Shown here piece after piece: positions 61,929 to 64,000 of a stretch of DNA of 64,000 nucleotides (position 1 is the stretch's first letter; each line of letters opens with the position of its first letter). Source of the DNA: a virus; the IMG/VR virus record IMGVR_UViG_3300037427_004270; one strand, 5' to 3'. The position numbers and the translations under genes are program-made. Below the pieces are notes generated by a model. That model searched no databases and was not told the origin of the DNA. It was given only the letters and a program-made list of their open reading frames with translations.

Positions 61929-61991
61929 TTAGCAGCCCTTTCTGCACCTACGAACTGGTTGTAACATCCATTTCTGGTTCCACATGTTCAT
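61929..61991 (-). CDS. possible overlapping micro-ORF MNMWNQKWMLQPVRRCRKGC
   Basis: 20-aa ORF in a different frame from the 106-aa gene; fills the gap before the protease gene and is followed by a hairpin. Confidence 0.35.
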   Translation of the reverse strand: MNMWNQKWMLQPVRRCRKGC

Positions 61992-62268
61992 GTCTTATAC
62001 CCCAATCGCCAACAAGTTGGCTCAGAAAATAACTCGTCCCAGAGGATAAACAGCCTAATAAAAAAGCTGTTATGGCACCTCTGTCAAACATAAATAGTGA
62101 AGTGAAAGGGGAAAATGCCCACAAAAGAACGCCAACCCAGAAACCTAAACACATTGGACAGTGAAAGAATGAATTTTTTGGCCTAACCTTGTTAAATACT
62201 CGACCATAAGCCAGGATCATCGTCAAGCCATAGGCTGACAACACAAAGTACAATAATTCATCGAACAC
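61948..62268 (-). CDS. membrane protein with CxxC (DUF1360-like)
   Basis: Hydrophobic helices with FHCPMCLGFWVG. Confidence 0.7.
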   Translation of the reverse strand: MFDELLYFVLSAYGLTMILAYGRVFNKVRPKNSFFHCPMCLGFWVGVLLWAFSPFTSLFMFDRGAITAFLLGCLSSGTSYFLSQLVGDWGIRHEHVEPEMDVTTSS

Positions 62269-62816
62269 TAATAGTATCCTCTGATATACCTTCTTGATCT
62301 ACTCGGCTCGATAGAACCTTTCTTCTCTCCGTGTTTTACATCGCCTAGCTCTGTAGAATCTTCAGCGTCGGGTGATGTCATCTTGTCTATTTCCTGATTT
62401 CTGTAGCTCTGGTCGTAAGCGAAATATGGTTGCTCTTCTTCCATGAATTTAGCAACAGATAACATAGCAAAGTTTTCAGCGGCATAATTTTCAATGTTCG
62501 ACTCCGGGTATGTCGCTTCCATTGAGCCATACACATTTCCGCCTTGGACGCTCTCTGGAATTACTACGCCATGCCTAAAAAGATAGTCGAACATTCTAGA
62601 CTGTGCAGCATACACGCTATCGTTGAGAGACTCTTTAGCAAATGCAACGATCTTCTTTTTCTCTGGCATGATAACAATGTCCATATCAATGTGGTCAAAT
62701 ATCATGACATTTCCGTCGATGCTTCTTCGGGCCTTCAATTTAAAAGTTAGACCCTCGTCCGTATTCTGCACTCTTGAGTTTTGTCCGTCTTTGTCGAATT
62801 TTACTTTAATTGGCAT
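62268..62816 (-). CDS. hypothetical protein (head module)
   Basis: Likely start MPIKVKF at 62816, coupled to the upstream stop; ORF track gives 62828. Confidence 0.7.
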   Translation of the reverse strand: MPIKVKFDKDGQNSRVQNTDEGLTFKLKARRSIDGNVMIFDHIDMDIVIMPEKKKIVAFAKESLNDSVYAAQSRMFDYLFRHGVVIPESVQGGNVYGSMEATYPESNIENYAAENFAMLSVAKFMEEEQPYFAYDQSYRNQEIDKMTSPDAEDSTELGDVKHGEKKGSIEPSRSRRYIRGYY

Positions 62817-63624
62817 TTTGCTTCTCACTTAGCATCTCTTGGACTTCTAAGATCGTCATCAATGCTTTTTCGTCAATTTCTTTCTTTTTGTAGCTCTCTA
62901 GGATATCTACGACGTCGGACATCATCTTCGATACTTTCTCGTCGAGTGAACTCTTGCTTCTCTCAACTAGGGAACTTTTCAAGTTTGCCAACTCCTCGTT
63001 CAAGTGAATTTTGAACTCTAGGCCGTTGTCGATAAATGAAAGGATATACTTGCTCAATAGCTCTTTCTGTTCTTCAAGCAAATTTTCTGAATATTTCTGA
63101 TTGAACTTCTTTACAAATAAGTTAAAGGAAAGCTCGTCAATATGCTTCATCTTGTTTGGGTCTTCTTGACTCTTTGCGGTCATGCCTTCAATAAGAACTT
63201 TCTTTACCTTATACTTCTCTTGTGCTGCAGCTTTGTCACTAAACATAGTTGAAACGCTAGCAAGGCTCTTATAAGACGGTACGAAATTTCCGTAAAAGCT
63301 TCTATCCAAATTCTTGTTGATGAAGTTTATTAAACTCGTCTTTTGTTCGAAAAGCTTTTCCTTGTTCAAGGCAGAGTGCGCTCTGCAGTTTTCTTCAATA
63401 ATGAAGTCTGCTTCGTCGCTTTCAATCTCTTTAGCGTCCAATACGCTCTTGTATAGGCTTAACTCCTTGTGGAGTTCTGTGCCTGTTTTAAAGTGTTCCT
63501 GCAAGGCTCTTTTGATAGTATCTCTTTTGTCGAGGTCTTTGCTTATCATAGCATTGGTCATCTCGACTACAAGTGATTCGTACAAAAAGCCAGTATTTCT
63601 TTTCTTATTATGCTTCTTGCTCAT
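62806..63624 (-). CDS. hypothetical helical protein downstream of the portal
   Basis: 272 aa starting MSKKHNKKRNTGFLYESL; occupies the prohead-core gene position. Confidence 0.75.
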   Translation of the reverse strand: MSKKHNKKRNTGFLYESLVVEMTNAMISKDLDKRDTIKRALQEHFKTGTELHKELSLYKSVLDAKEIESDEADFIIEENCRAHSALNKEKLFEQKTSLINFINKNLDRSFYGNFVPSYKSLASVSTMFSDKAAAQEKYKVKKVLIEGMTAKSQEDPNKMKHIDELSFNLFVKKFNQKYSENLLEEQKELLSKYILSFIDNGLEFKIHLNEELANLKSSLVERSKSSLDEKVSKMMSDVVDILESYKKKEIDEKALMTILEVQEMLSEKQNAN

Positions 63625-64000
63625 CTTTGTTTATCTCCATCAAGCTGGAAATCAGTGACTTGACTTCCTTCGCAGAACCAAAAAGTACCTGCTCTTGTTT
63701 GTTATAAGTAGTTTCTTTTCCCTCTGGAAGACCTATGGCCGCACGATCTAATCCAATTTTACCGGGGAACACATTTCTTTTTGAACTAGAAGCTAGCTCT
63801 CCCGATGCTCTTGCTTTCAGAGACTTTTGTCTTGCAGCGTTTACTTTTCCATTCGGGTTGCTTCGGTATGTCTTGCCTTTCCAGCCTGGCCTTGTGTACT
63901 TCTGGCCTGGTACAATACCGTCTGTGTTCTGCTCTGTTTCTGCAACTGGCTCATCTCCACCAAGATCCGCATCTGGGGCTGGGGCGTCTGGGCTTGTAAT
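63608..64000 (-). CDS. C-terminal 130 aa of an upstream gene, probably portal (gp20-like); partial
   Basis: Manual translation is open from the right edge (ITSPDAPAPDADLGGDE...SLMEINKDEQEA*). The portal call rests on synteny only. Confidence 0.5.
   Translation of the reverse strand: MTSPDAPAPDADLGGDEPVAETEQNTDGIVPGQKYTRPGWKGKTYRSNPNGKVNAARQKSLKARASGELASSSKRNVFPGKIGLDRAAIGLPEGKETTYNKQEQVLFGSAKEVKSLISSLMEINKDEQEA

Noticed and set aside
1-64000. Bacterial chromosome or prophage (dnaE, groES, lon, recA, rpsU, tRNA are present)
   Set aside because: These genes are isolated from their normal operons and interleaved with gp32, nrdJ and a complete T4-like virion module. No integrase or att site was seen.
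1-64000. Stop-codon reassignment, as in some large phages
   Set aside because: Long genes are intact in code 11. TAA, TAG and TGA all end genes at sensible, often coupled, positions, and no suppressor tRNA is present.

Overview
A 64-kb segment of a large, probably jumbo, contractile-tailed dsDNA phage. It has a T4-like virion module but bacterial-style replication genes. Every credible gene is on the minus strand and reads in standard code 11. In window order: (1) 1-15.2 kb, replication and host takeover: DnaE N-terminus (missed by the ORF track), GroES, class II RNR, DnaB-like helicase, 5'-3' exonuclease, tRNA-Ile(UAU), full-length Lon, RecA/UvsX, gp32-like SSB, a degenerate FtsZ/tubulin-like protein and a compact family A polymerase. 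(2) 15.2-29 kb, baseplate, tape measure, a frameshifted tail chaperone pair, tube, sheath and gp15. (3) 29-41.5 kb, neck and head, including a 2280-aa protein with two tandem gp14-like domains fused to a fibre. (4) 41.6-60.4 kb, an accessory fibre/adhesin island inside the head module. (5) 60.4-64 kb, bS21, prohead proteins, prohead protease and a probable portal C-terminus. The island is the most unusual part. It encodes fibre proteins of 145, 370 and 2965 aa with related N-termini. A shared ~70-aa domain occurs five times in four proteins. A covarying RNA hairpin sits at the RBS of two of these genes. There is also a duplicated B-A-B-A cassette of four lectin-like paralogs and a MAM-domain fibre. 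All family assignments are motif recognition by eye; no database searches were run.
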